Positions 1 through 9,279 of a stretch of DNA of 35,839 bases are shown here, one piece after another (position 1 is the stretch's first letter; each line of letters opens with the position of its first letter). The notes beneath the pieces are model-generated. The model was not told where the DNA came from. It saw nothing but the letters and a program-made list of their open reading frames with translations, and did no database searches. Source of the DNA: an uncultured Ilumatobacter sp. (GTDB lineage: Bacteria; Actinomycetota; Acidimicrobiia; Acidimicrobiales; Ilumatobacteraceae); assembly GCA_965601765.1 (NCBI GenBank), contig CBFCWS010000001.1, forward strand, positions 1 through 35,839, read 5' to 3'. Both the position numbers and the translations under genes were made by a program.

Positions 1-21
1 GTGCCTGGCACCATGCGCGAC

Positions 22-1353
22 TCAGGTGGGGGGGTTGCGGCGCATCTCGCGGTAGTCCTTGGCGGCGCCTTCGAGTGGTTCGACCTCGAGGGTGATGCCG
101 TCGATGCTGGCCACGCGGAGGGGTTCACCACGTCCGATCGGCGTGGCGCGGTTGGTGCGGGCGGCCCAGCGGCCCTCGCCGATCTCGGCGATGCCGTCCG
201 GATCGATCGCGTCGAGGGCGACACCCTCCGAACCGATCATCCACTCCCGGCCGATCGTCGGGGTCGCGAAGCGCGTGCGGGTCATCGACGGCATGCCGAC
301 GACGAAGGTCAGCATCACACCGCCGACGCCCGCCAGCAGGGCGATCCACGACGGGCGCAGCGACGTGCCGGCGATCGGTTCGAACAGCCACAGGCTGCCG
401 GCGATCGTCAGCACGATGCCGACCCCGGTCCAGAACCTCGGGATGCCGGTCTGGACGTCGACGGCGAACGCGAGCATCGCAGCGATGATCAGCGCCAGCG
501 CCCACCAGCGGGTCGGGAGCTCGGCGAGTCCGTAGAACGACAGGATCAGTGAGACACCACCGACCACGGCGGCGATGCCGATGCCGGCCGTGTAGAACTC
601 GAAGATGATCAGCGACAGGCCGATCAGCAGCAGCAGGTAGGCGACGGGCGGTGACGCCGCGGTGTGGAACAGCTGGTCGACGAGCCCGAGCTTGGAGAAC
701 ACCGCCGTGGCGATCGTGGTCCGCTGTACGGTGCCCGAGTCGGTCACCTCCTCGATCGTCGTGTCGAGCACCACGCCGTTCTTCTCGTAGCCGTCGAGGG
801 CGTCGAGCATGTTGCGGATCGCGGCGATCCCCTCGTCGGGGATGCGCTGGCGGAACACGCCGAGGGCGCGGGCGTCGCTCAACCCGACCGTGTCCGACTC
901 CAGGGCGTTGAGCGCAGGTCCGAGCACGACGTCGCCGACCGGTTCTCCGACGTTGCCCACCCGTGAGCCGGGCGCCATGCCGGTGACGTCGGCCACAGCG
1001 AGCATCTGCGCGGGCGTGCCGTAGAGCCGGGCACCGCTCGGACCGACCCAGATCGCGATCGTCACCGGCGAGGACGCGATACGGTCGAGCAGCTCGGCCA
1101 TCTCGTCGTCGGACACGATGGCGCCGCGGGTGTCGACCTGCAGGACCAGCGCCTGCGAGCCGGCGTCCGCCGTGCGGTCGATCGCATCGGCGATCGCACC
1201 GACGACGATGTGATCGAACAGCCCCACGACCTGGAGGACCTCGACGTCGGGGGGGCGCTCCGCTCCGCCGTCGCCGTCCTGCGCGGCCGCCGGCGCCGCA
1301 GCGGTGACGGCCACGGCGATGCCGGCGAGCAGGGCCATCACTAGTCTTCGCAC
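22..1353 (-). CDS. nfeD: NfeD family membrane protein (signal peptide, ClpP-like N-domain, TM domain, C-terminal OB fold)
   Basis: 3' part of ORF 22..2241. GTG at 1353 is preceded by AGGAGG. Signal peptide (..AAPAAAQD), IAIWVGPSGAR..MAPGSRVG, TM block (LLIGLSLIIFEFYTAGIG), C-terminal GREWMIGSEG..GEGRWAAR. Confidence 0.85.
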   Translation of the reverse strand: MRRLVMALLAGIAVAVTAAAPAAAQDGDGGAERPPDVEVLQVVGLFDHIVVGAIADAIDRTADAGSQALVLQVDTRGAIVSDDEMAELLDRIASSPVTIAIWVGPSGARLYGTPAQMLAVADVTGMAPGSRVGNVGEPVGDVVLGPALNALESDTVGLSDARALGVFRQRIPDEGIAAIRNMLDALDGYEKNGVVLDTTIEEVTDSGTVQRTTIATAVFSKLGLVDQLFHTAASPPVAYLLLLIGLSLIIFEFYTAGIGIAAVVGGVSLILSFYGLAELPTRWWALALIIAAMLAFAVDVQTGIPRFWTGVGIVLTIAGSLWLFEPIAGTSLRPSWIALLAGVGGVMLTFVVGMPSMTRTRFATPTIGREWMIGSEGVALDAIDPDGIAEIGEGRWAARTNRATPIGRGEPLRVASIDGITLEVEPLEGAAKDYREMRRNPPT

Positions 1354-1356
1354 CGA

Positions 1357-2301
1357 GTGCCTCCTGCAGATCTGTCGAACGAATCCCCCCTCTCCGGACT
1401 CACCGGCGCCAACGTCGTGATCGTGGCGGGCAAGGGCGGGGTGGGGAAGACCACGGTAACGGCAGTTGTGGCACGGGCCGCAGCGGATCGCGGACTCCGC
1501 ACGCTCGTGATCGAGCTCGACGGCAAGGACGTCCTCGATCGGCTGCTCCCCGACGTCACGGTGGTGCACATCGCGGCCGCCGACGCGCTGGAGCGGTACT
1601 TCCTCGAACACGGCTTCCGGAGGATCGCGCGCCGGCTCGCGGCGACCGGCGTGATCGAACTGCTCGGCACGGCTGCCCCGGGACTGGACGACCTCGTGAT
1701 CCTCGGCGAGGTCAAGCGCCTCGAGCGGTCCGGCGACTACGACCTCGTCGTGGTCGACGGTCCGGCGGCCGGTCATGCGATCACGATGCTCACGTCGGCG
1801 ACCGGCCTCCTCGACGCCGCTCGCGGCGGTCCGATCCGCGACCAGGCCCGCGACGTCGTCGAGATGCTGACCGACCCCGCCCGGTGCCAGGTCGTGATGG
1901 TGACGCTGCCGGAGACGACCCCGGTGAACGAGCTGATCGAGACCACCTGGGCGATCGAGGAGCGGGTCGGGGTCCAGCTCGGCCCGATCGTGGTCAACCA
2001 GGTCGACCAGGTCGACCCCCTGCCCGACGCGGCGACGACCGAGGGTCTCGTCGCCGACCATCCCGAGGCCGACGCGCTGATGGCGGCCGCCGAGTTCCGC
2101 CGGTCGAGACGGGAGATGCAGGAGGTCGAGCTGCGGCGGATCCGCGGCGAGTTCCCGCTCCCCGACGTCGAACTCCCCATGCGCCCGGTGGCGGCGCTCG
2201 CCGTGACGGACGTGGCGGCGCTCGCCGACGTCCTCGCCCACCTCCCTCGCCGTCCCGCCCCATCGACGACACGGCCCTCGGCGACGAGCGTCGATCGATG
2301 A
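1357..2301 (+). CDS. ArsA/Get3-like P-loop ATPase, first of pair (Rv3679/BagA-like)
   Basis: GKGGVGKTT deviant Walker A, DLVVVDGPAAGH, VTLPETTPVNE, IVVNQ. Start uncertain. Confidence 0.85.
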   Translation: MPPADLSNESPLSGLTGANVVIVAGKGGVGKTTVTAVVARAAADRGLRTLVIELDGKDVLDRLLPDVTVVHIAAADALERYFLEHGFRRIARRLAATGVIELLGTAAPGLDDLVILGEVKRLERSGDYDLVVVDGPAAGHAITMLTSATGLLDAARGGPIRDQARDVVEMLTDPARCQVVMVTLPETTPVNELIETTWAIEERVGVQLGPIVVNQVDQVDPLPDAATTEGLVADHPEADALMAAAEFRRSRREMQEVELRRIRGEFPLPDVELPMRPVAALAVTDVAALADVLAHLPRRPAPSTTRPSATSVDR

Positions 2302-3443
2302 CGACGCTCGCCCCGGTGATCTCGGGTGCCGACGTGCTGATCTGCTGCGGATCAGGGGGCGTCGGCAAGACCACGACGGCTGCGGTCATCGGTCTGCAGG
2401 CCGCCCGACACGGGCGGCGGGTCGTCGTGGTGACGATCGATCCGGCACGTCGTCTCGCCGACGCGCTCGGCGTCGCCGGCGGACTCACCGGCGAACCACA
2501 ACGCATCGACAACCCCGACGGGGACGCCACCACCCGATCCGGCGGAGCCGGCGCCGAGGCGGTGAGCGACGCGTCCGGCGAAGGCGAGCTGTGGGCGATG
2601 ATGCTCGACACGCCGGCGATGTTCGCGAAGGTGATCGCGTCGCACGCCGGCGGGCCGGAGCAGGTCGCACGGATCACCGAGAACCGCTTCTACCGCAACA
2701 TCGCCGACGCGCTCAGCGGCACCCAGGAGTACATGGCGTCGGAGGCGCTGCACGAGCTGCACGGTGACGACCGCTTCGATCTCGTCGTCGTCGACACACC
2801 TCCGAGCCGCAACGCGCTCGACTTCCTGGACGCGCCGGGGGTGCTCGCGCGCTTCCTCGACCACGCCGTGTTCAAGCTGATGATGGCACCGACCAAGACC
2901 GGGCTGAAGGTGGTCTCGGCGATCTCACAGCCGGTGCTCCGGGCCGTCGGTCGGGTGGTGGGTTCGGACGTGCTCACCGATGCGGTCGCCTTCTTCCAGG
3001 CCTTCGCCGGGATGGAGACGGGGTTCCGCGATCGAGCCCGGGAGGTCACCGCGCTCCTCCACGCCGACACGACCCGGTTCGTCGTCGTGACCGCACCGCA
3101 GCACGAGTCGGTCGCCGAGGCGACCTGGTTCTCCGATCAGCTCGTCGACCAGGGGTTCGCCGTGTCGGCGACGGTCGTCAACCGCGTGCAGCCGGACTTC
3201 GGCAAGCCGGCCGCCGAGCCCGACGCGACGCCGGCCGGCGACGACTCGATGGACGTCACCGATGACCGGCTCACCGCGCTCGTGGCGAACCTCGACGAGC
3301 TCCGGGCGATCGCGGCCGCCCAGCACGCGGAGCTCGCGCCGATCCGCGAGCGCGTCGATCGGCTCGTGGAGGTCCCGTTGCTGTCCAGCGACGTCCACGA
3401 CCTCGACGGCCTGCACGAGCTCGGCACGCACCTGTTCCCGTAG
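2298..3443 (+). CDS. ArsA/Get3-like P-loop ATPase, second of pair (Rv3680/BagB-like)
   Basis: ATGA overlap with upstream gene. CCGSGGVGKTT, TIDPARRLADALG, GTQEYMA, VVDTPPSRNALDFLDAP. Confidence 0.9.
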   Translation: MTTLAPVISGADVLICCGSGGVGKTTTAAVIGLQAARHGRRVVVVTIDPARRLADALGVAGGLTGEPQRIDNPDGDATTRSGGAGAEAVSDASGEGELWAMMLDTPAMFAKVIASHAGGPEQVARITENRFYRNIADALSGTQEYMASEALHELHGDDRFDLVVVDTPPSRNALDFLDAPGVLARFLDHAVFKLMMAPTKTGLKVVSAISQPVLRAVGRVVGSDVLTDAVAFFQAFAGMETGFRDRAREVTALLHADTTRFVVVTAPQHESVAEATWFSDQLVDQGFAVSATVVNRVQPDFGKPAAEPDATPAGDDSMDVTDDRLTALVANLDELRAIAAAQHAELAPIRERVDRLVEVPLLSSDVHDLDGLHELGTHLFP

Positions 3444-3706
3444 CGACCCGCTCGCCGACCGTCGCGCCCGTGACGACCGGACGGCACCGACCGCTCCGCA
3501 GCGTCACCCGGGTGGCGGGTCGGGACGGCTCGGGCCGCCCGCGCCGGCACCGTCCCCGGGGACGGATGATCAGTCGCTCGGCGGCGACGCCCTCGGTGCG
3601 TACGGTCCCGCCAGGGCACCTGACTCGGCCTGCGAGGTCGAGCTCGGGTCGGCCCGTCTCCCGGTCGTGCGGGGGATCTCGCGAGGAGGCACTCCCGCGG
3701 GTGCCG

Positions 3707-3934
3707 TCAGAGACCCATCCCGTCGCTCGGCCTCGACCCCCAGTCCGGGTCGCGGCGGTGCGCCCGATCTCGACGGTGGAGCTCGGCCGTGCGCCACCGC
3801 ACCGCCCACCACGCGAGCAACCCCACGAGGAGCGCGGCACCGGCGACCCCCGCCCACAGCACGAACTCGTTGTCCTCCTCGGCCGCCGCGAGGATCCCGG
3901 TCACGACGAGTGCGATCGCATGCATCGCCATCAC
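3707..3934 (-). CDS. Small membrane protein (~75 aa)
   Basis: GTG/ATG start overlaps the sulP stop. Two hydrophobic stretches (IALVVTGILAAA; FVLWAGVAGAALLVGLLAWWAV) then a basic tail. Confidence 0.6.
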   Translation of the reverse strand: MMAMHAIALVVTGILAAAEEDNEFVLWAGVAGAALLVGLLAWWAVRWRTAELHRRDRAHRRDPDWGSRPSDGMGL

Positions 3935-5715
3935 TCCCCCGCTCCGCCGTCCGGCGCATCGCTCTGCCCCGACGGCCCGGGCTCGTCGTCCCGCTGGCCG
4001 CCCGGCCGGTCGTCCGGCTGATCGTCCGGCTGGTCGTCGCTGCGGTGATCGTCGACCCAGGCCAGCGCATCGTCGTAGGCCTGCCGCACGGTCTCGCCGA
4101 CGAGGGCCGTCCCCTCGTAGTAGTTCCCGGCACCGATCGCCTGGGTGACGCTCGCCCGCCGCAGCTGGGCGATCAGCCGCGAGTTGTTGGTCACGATGAT
4201 CAGCTTGCTGCCGACCCGCCGCAGCGAGCTCGCGTACGTCTGGAGCGTCGCGATCAGGGTCGCCCCGGCGTCGTCGGCCCCACGGATCCGCAGCACCACC
4301 ACCGAGTTCGTCGACTCGGGCGTGACGTCGGGGAGCTGCTCGACGAGCGTGGCGGCGCTGGCGAAGAAGATCGCCCCGTACGGCTGCAACACCACGACCT
4401 CGTTGGCGGGGAGCGCGTCGGGCGGATCGACCTCCTCGACGCGGCCGTCGTCGTGGAGGACGATCCGGACCGTCACGAGCCGACCCGCCTGCTGGATGAC
4501 GAAGAGGAGCACCGACAAGCCGACACCGACCAGGACGGAGAACTGGAGCGGGATGATCATCGTGAGGACGAGCGTGATGCTCATCACCGTCAGCGGCACC
4601 GTGCCGGTGCGGACGATCGCCATGATCTTGGCCGGCTTCACCGTCGCGACGCCGACCACGATCAGCAAGCCGGCCAGGGCGGGCATCGCGATCCGCTCGA
4701 CGACCGTGCTGAAGAGCAGGATCACGACCGCCATCACCACCGCCGCGTAGAGCAGCGCCGCGCGCGACCTCGCACCGGCGGTCACGGCGATCGAGCTCGC
4801 CGACATCGACCCGCCGACGGGGACGCCCTGGAAGATGCCGGCCAGGACGTTGCCGGCTCCCTGCCCGACGAAGTCCTGGGAGTGGTCGGGCAACGAGCCG
4901 TCCTTCGGCGGGTACCCGGCGGACACGCCCGCTCCCTGCACCAACCCCACGAACGCCAGCGAGAAGGCCGGGACGATCAGAGCCGGTATGTCGCGGAGGA
5001 CGGGGAGCCGCGGCGTGGGCAGCGACCTCGGGACGTCGGCGACGTCGCGGACCTGGAACACCTCCCATCCGACGGTGTTGAACAGCGCCCCGATGGCCGA
5101 TCCCGCGAAGATCGCGACGACCATCCCGAGCGCGCCCAGGCGCGTGCTTTGGAGCCAGACGATCAGCGCGATCGTCGCCATCCCGACGGCGATCGTGGGC
5201 CAGCTCAGGCTGCCGGGGTGGAGGAGGGCGTCGAAGAGGCGCAGGATGCGGTTGGCGCCCGCGGTCTCGTAGCCGGTGAAGTCGTCGACCTGTCCGAGTG
5301 CGATGTTGATGCCGACCGCCGTGATGAACCCGGTCATCACCGAGTTGGACACGAACCGCAGGAACGATCCGAGCCGGAGCAACCCCGCGAGGATCATGAC
5401 CGCCCCGGTCAGCATCGAGAGGGTGAACAGCGCCCGCGCCGGGTCGTCGCGGCTCCCGAGATCGACGTCGGCGACGATGATCGACATCGCTCCGGTCGCC
5501 TGGACCGCCATGAACGCCGTGCCCGTGAAGAGCGCACCGCCGACGAGACCGAACATGTAGGCGTACATCCCGAACACGGGATTGACGCCGGCGAGCAGTC
5601 CGCTCGCCAGCCCGTCGGGCACGCTCTCGACGCCGAGGACGAGGCCGGCCATGCCGTCCTCCTTCCTGGAACGGCTCGGGAGCAGCGACCGCGGCCGCGT
5701 GATGGGGAAGCGCAT
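3931..5715 (-). CDS. SulP/SLC26 family anion transporter with C-terminal STAS domain
   Basis: GLVLGVESVPDGLASGLLAGVNPVFGMY, QDFVGQGAGN, PVGGSMSAS, STAS motif YGAIFFASA..VVVLRIRG. GAGGGG before ATG 5715. Confidence 0.9.
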   Translation of the reverse strand: MRFPITRPRSLLPSRSRKEDGMAGLVLGVESVPDGLASGLLAGVNPVFGMYAYMFGLVGGALFTGTAFMAVQATGAMSIIVADVDLGSRDDPARALFTLSMLTGAVMILAGLLRLGSFLRFVSNSVMTGFITAVGINIALGQVDDFTGYETAGANRILRLFDALLHPGSLSWPTIAVGMATIALIVWLQSTRLGALGMVVAIFAGSAIGALFNTVGWEVFQVRDVADVPRSLPTPRLPVLRDIPALIVPAFSLAFVGLVQGAGVSAGYPPKDGSLPDHSQDFVGQGAGNVLAGIFQGVPVGGSMSASSIAVTAGARSRAALLYAAVVMAVVILLFSTVVERIAMPALAGLLIVVGVATVKPAKIMAIVRTGTVPLTVMSITLVLTMIIPLQFSVLVGVGLSVLLFVIQQAGRLVTVRIVLHDDGRVEEVDPPDALPANEVVVLQPYGAIFFASAATLVEQLPDVTPESTNSVVVLRIRGADDAGATLIATLQTYASSLRRVGSKLIIVTNNSRLIAQLRRASVTQAIGAGNYYEGTALVGETVRQAYDDALAWVDDHRSDDQPDDQPDDRPGGQRDDEPGPSGQSDAPDGGAGE

Positions 5716-5789
5716 CAGCCCCCTCGCCCCGTCCGGTCGGAACGACATCCGGAGCAGGACGTACGGCCTGACGACGGTGGTGGCGACAT
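5715..5789 (-). CDS. Putative leaderless uORF, 24 aa (MSPPPSSGRTSCSGCRSDRTGRGG)
   Basis: TAAGTT (5802-5797) lies 7 nt before the ATG; the stop overlaps the sulP start (TGATG). Confidence 0.3.
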   Translation of the reverse strand: MSPPPSSGRTSCSGCRSDRTGRGG

Positions 5790-6334
5790 CGGGGTCAACT
5801 TAGCCATCTTCCGAAGGGCGTGGGCACCGCGATCGGTCGCCGAAACCGTCACACGTCGAACGCAGCCGCCCATGCCGCTCCCACGGTTCGCCGTCGGGAC
5901 GAGGTCGGCCGCCGGCCACGCGATTCCTCCGATCGTCGTTCGGCGGGGTCGGACGAGATCTCGGTCGGGCTGCCGGGTGGCGGGCCGTCCGCATGGGTTC
6001 GGGCGGGGCGAGCACCACGTCCGCCCCGACGGCCGTGCCCCCGCCGCATCGCGACCACGGCCTGCGAACCCCTCGCCCGGGCCGACCCGTCGCTGCGGGT
6101 GGCGGCACCGCCCTCGCGGTTCGACCCGGACGGTATGCCTCCGGTCGAGCTGCGAACACCCGGGGGAGACCGAAGACCCGCCACGACCCGTCGTCGAGGT
6201 CGGCATCGCGGCCGGCCGGCGCCGATCGACATGCGCCGACGGGGAACCGACAGCGGACCTGCTCGCAGCGGGGTTCGTCGGGAATGCTCCAGGCGGCTCC
6301 GGAGCGACCCGGCCCGGTGGGTATCGTGGGCGAC

Positions 6335-6829
6335 GTGCACATCTTGTTGGCCACCGACGCGCCCTGGATCGTCGACGAGGTGACGGCGGCACTCGGCGGG
6401 CCGGAGACCTCGTTCACCGTCTGCCGCGAGGGCCGCAAGGTCGCCGGGATCGTCGCCGATCGGACGCCCGACCTGGTGATCGCCGACCTCCAGGTGGGCT
6501 CGATGGGCGGCATGGCGATCTCGATGGCGATGCGCCTCGACGAGTCGGCGGGCACGCTGCCACACGTCCCGATCCTGATGCTCGTCGACCGACGCTCCGA
6601 CGCGTTCCTGGCCCACCGGTCGGGAACCGACGGCTGGATCGTCAAGCCGTTGGACGCGCTCCGGCTCCAGCGAGCCGTCCGCGCGATCGTCGACGGTGGG
6701 CGCTTCACCGACGGTCTGCCCGATCCGCGGACCCCCGCCGGAGCCGACGACGAGGACGATGGCGGGACCGACGCCGACGCCGCCGACGACGAGGCGCCGG
6801 CGGAGGAAGTCGCACCGAGCGGCGGATAG
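6335..6829 (+). CDS. Single-domain response regulator (receiver) with acidic tail
   Basis: HILLATD, PDLVIADLQVGSMGG, VPILML, GWIVKP. TATCGT lies 7 nt before GTG 6335. Confidence 0.85.
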   Translation: MHILLATDAPWIVDEVTAALGGPETSFTVCREGRKVAGIVADRTPDLVIADLQVGSMGGMAISMAMRLDESAGTLPHVPILMLVDRRSDAFLAHRSGTDGWIVKPLDALRLQRAVRAIVDGGRFTDGLPDPRTPAGADDEDDGGTDADAADDEAPAEEVAPSGG

Positions 6830-6844
6830 GCTCCTCAGTCGCCA

Positions 6845-6922
6845 CGGGGTGTGGCGCAGCTTGGTTAGCGCGCGTCGTTCGGGACGACGAGGCCGGAGGT
6901 TCAAATCCTCTCACCCCGACCA
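6845..6922 (+). tRNA. tRNA-Pro (anticodon CGG)
   Basis: Acceptor stem CGGGGTG/CACCCCG, D stem GCGC/GCGC, anticodon stem CGTCG/CGACG with loop TT-CGG-GA (CGG at 6880-6882), T arm GGAGG-TTCAAAT-CCTCT, encoded ACCA end. Confidence 0.97.
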
Positions 6923-7102
6923 CGAGCCGGTCACCGGCTCCGAGCCACCGCACGACACCGCCACGACACCGCCGCACGGAACGGATCCGTGGCCTGCGCC
7001 TTCCCGCCGGGACGACGGCGGCGAAGTCGTCGGGAACGATCGCCCGCCGAGGAGGGGCCTTCGTCGCTTGCCCCCGGGATCGAACGGTGCTCCAATCGCC
7101 CC

Positions 7103-8086
7103 ATGCGCCTCGGCTACCAGATCCCGAACTTCACCTACCCGGACATCGATCTCGCCCAGTTGTTCGATGTCGTCGCCCGACAGGCGAAGGAGGCCGAAGG
7201 ATCGGGGTTCGACACCGTGCTCGTGATGGATCACTTCTACCAGTTGCCGATGATCGGTGACCCGGACGACTACATGCTCGAGTGCTACAGCCTCCTGTCG
7301 GCGCTCGCCCGCGAGACCGGGCGGGTGACGCTGTCGGCCCTGGTCACGGGCAACACCTATCGCAATCCGGCGGTGCTCGCGAAGACGGTGACGACCCTCG
7401 ACATCGTCTCGAACGGTCGCGCCATGCTCGGGATCGGAGCGGGCTGGTTCGAACTCGAGCACGACGCGTTCGGCATCGAGTTCGGGACCTTCACCGAGCG
7501 TTTCGAGAAGCTCGAAGAGGCCCTCCGGATCATCGGACCGATGCTGCGCGGCGAGCGGGCCGACCTGAGCGGGTCGTGGTACAACGTCTCGGAGGCGATC
7601 AACGAGCCACCTCCGCTCGGCAAGGTGCCGATCATGATCGGGGGAGGCGGCGAGCAGAAGACCCTCCGGATGGTCGCCCGGTACGCGGACGAGTCCAACC
7701 TGATCTGCGCCGACGACGAGATCGGCCGCAAGCTCGACGCCCTCGACGGCCACTGCGAGCGGCTCGGGCGCGATCGCAGCGAGATCATGGTGACCAAGCA
7801 GAAGAACTGCTGCATCGCGCCGACCCACGACGACGCGCATGCGGACATGCTCGCCTACCTCGGGCGACGGGGATTCGACGTCGGCAACATGTCGGACGAC
7901 GAACTCGCCCCGCTGCTCGGCATGGTCGCCTGGGGCGACCCCGACGAGGTCGGCGAGCACTTCGGATCGCTGCTCGCCGCCCACGACCGGCTCGACGGGT
8001 TCACCGTGAACATGATCCCCAACGGCCACGTCGAGGGCCGCGTCGACCTGCTCGGCCGGACCCTCGCCCCCCTCGTCGCCGACTGA
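7103..8086 (+). CDS. LLM-class, probably F420-dependent, oxidoreductase
   Basis: MRLGYQIPNF, VMDHFYQLP, LVTGNTYRNPAVLAKTVTTLD, GIGAGWFELEH, IMIGGGGEQKTL. Confidence 0.9.
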   Translation: MRLGYQIPNFTYPDIDLAQLFDVVARQAKEAEGSGFDTVLVMDHFYQLPMIGDPDDYMLECYSLLSALARETGRVTLSALVTGNTYRNPAVLAKTVTTLDIVSNGRAMLGIGAGWFELEHDAFGIEFGTFTERFEKLEEALRIIGPMLRGERADLSGSWYNVSEAINEPPPLGKVPIMIGGGGEQKTLRMVARYADESNLICADDEIGRKLDALDGHCERLGRDRSEIMVTKQKNCCIAPTHDDAHADMLAYLGRRGFDVGNMSDDELAPLLGMVAWGDPDEVGEHFGSLLAAHDRLDGFTVNMIPNGHVEGRVDLLGRTLAPLVAD

Positions 8087-8169
8087 CAGCCCACATCCCC
8101 GTGCAATGCGTGGTGGGGGCGTGGTGGCGTGGGGCAGGCACTGGGGTCGGGGTTTGGCACGATGGGCGG

Positions 8170-9279
8170 ATGCGACGCGAGGACGGGTGGTCGGACGAGA
8201 CGTGGTTGGTCGCCGGCGGGCGGCCGTCCGGGCCCGGCGAACCGCTCAACGCCCCGATCGTTCCGGCGTCGAACTTCGAGCTCGACGGCGGCGCCCTCTA
8301 CGCCCGCACCGACACCACGCCGACCTGGACGGCGCTCGAGGAGGTGGTCGGCGGCCTGGAGACGGCCGAGTGCGTGTCGTTCGCGTCGGGGATGGCGGCG
8401 ATCAGCGGCGTCTTTGCGATGATGCCGGCCGGGAGCCACGTCGCGGTCCCGACCGACTGCTACCAGGCGACCGCCGGCATCGCCGCGCAGGGCGAAGCAG
8501 ACGGCCGGTGGCGCGTCACCAGGGTCGACACCGACGACACCGAGAGCTGGGTCACCGCCTCCGCCGACGCCGACCTGATCTGGGTCGAGTCGCCGTCCAA
8601 CCCGCTGCTGCGGGTCGTCGATCTCGCGGCGGTGATCGGCGCCGAGCGGCCCGACCACGCGCTGCTCGCGGTCGACAACACGTTCGCGACGGCGCTCAAC
8701 CAGCGCCCGCTCGATCTCGGCGCCGACCTCGCCGTCCAGTCGGCCACCAAGTTCATCGGCGGCCACTCCGACCTGCTCGCCGGGGTCGTCACCACCCGCC
8801 GCGACGACCTCGTCGCCCGTCTCCGCCGGAACCGTACGCTGCACGGCGGCACCCCCGGGGCGCTCGAGGCCTACCTGGCCACGCGCGGCGCTCGCACGAT
8901 GGCGATCCGCATCCGGCACGCGTCCCGATCGGCGGCGATCCTGGCCGAACGGCTCGCCGCACACTCGTCGGTCGTACGGGTCCGCTACCCCGGCCTGGCG
9001 GACGATCCCGGCCACGCGCGCGCGGCTGCGCAGATGTCCGGGTTCGGCTCCGTGCTGAGCTTCGAGCTGTCGAGCGCGGAGGCGGCCGCCGCCGCGTGTC
9101 GGGCCACGAGGCTCATCCGCCATGCGACGAGCCTCGGCGGTGTCGAGTCGACGATGGAGCAGCGCGCCGTGCTCGACGGTCAGGAGCACATGCCACCGGG
9201 GCTGATCCGGTTGAGCGTCGGCATCGAGGACGTCGACGACCTCTGGGCCGACCTCGCCGGGGCGCTCGAACCGTCCTGA
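8170..9279 (+). CDS. PLP-dependent transsulfuration enzyme (cystathionine gamma-synthase/lyase family)
   Basis: FASGMAA, WVESPSNP, VDNTFAT, SATKFIGGHSD (PLP Lys), SLGGVES, IRLSVGIED. Confidence 0.92.
   Translation: MRREDGWSDETWLVAGGRPSGPGEPLNAPIVPASNFELDGGALYARTDTTPTWTALEEVVGGLETAECVSFASGMAAISGVFAMMPAGSHVAVPTDCYQATAGIAAQGEADGRWRVTRVDTDDTESWVTASADADLIWVESPSNPLLRVVDLAAVIGAERPDHALLAVDNTFATALNQRPLDLGADLAVQSATKFIGGHSDLLAGVVTTRRDDLVARLRRNRTLHGGTPGALEAYLATRGARTMAIRIRHASRSAAILAERLAAHSSVVRVRYPGLADDPGHARAAAQMSGFGSVLSFELSSAEAAAAACRATRLIRHATSLGGVESTMEQRAVLDGQEHMPPGLIRLSVGIEDVDDLWADLAGALEPS

Noticed and set aside
1357-3443. ATPase pair as arsenite-pump subunits linked to arsR/arsI
   Set aside because: They match the split actinobacterial Rv3679/Rv3680 type, lack an arsB/arsD context and lie about 11 kb away.
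3444-3706. Palindrome CCGTCCCCGGGGACGG (about 3550-3565) in the convergent gap
   Set aside because: Short and almost all GC, with no U-tract; cannot be distinguished from chance or a generic terminator.
3995-4045. 12-bp periodic repeat near the sulP 3' end
   Set aside because: Coding low-complexity tail (DDQPDDQPDDRP).
6845-6922. tRNA-Pro as an island integration site
   Set aside because: No integrase, no duplicated tRNA 3' end noticed, and no compositional shift.
3262-7260. 1332-aa + strand ORF and many other long Arg/Pro/Gly-rich ORFs (e.g. 7855..9849, 9314..11080, 17074..18726, 31419..32924, 32743..34503)
   Set aside because: Shadow or antisense frames of real genes in high-GC DNA, with no family motifs; the longest runs through the tRNA.
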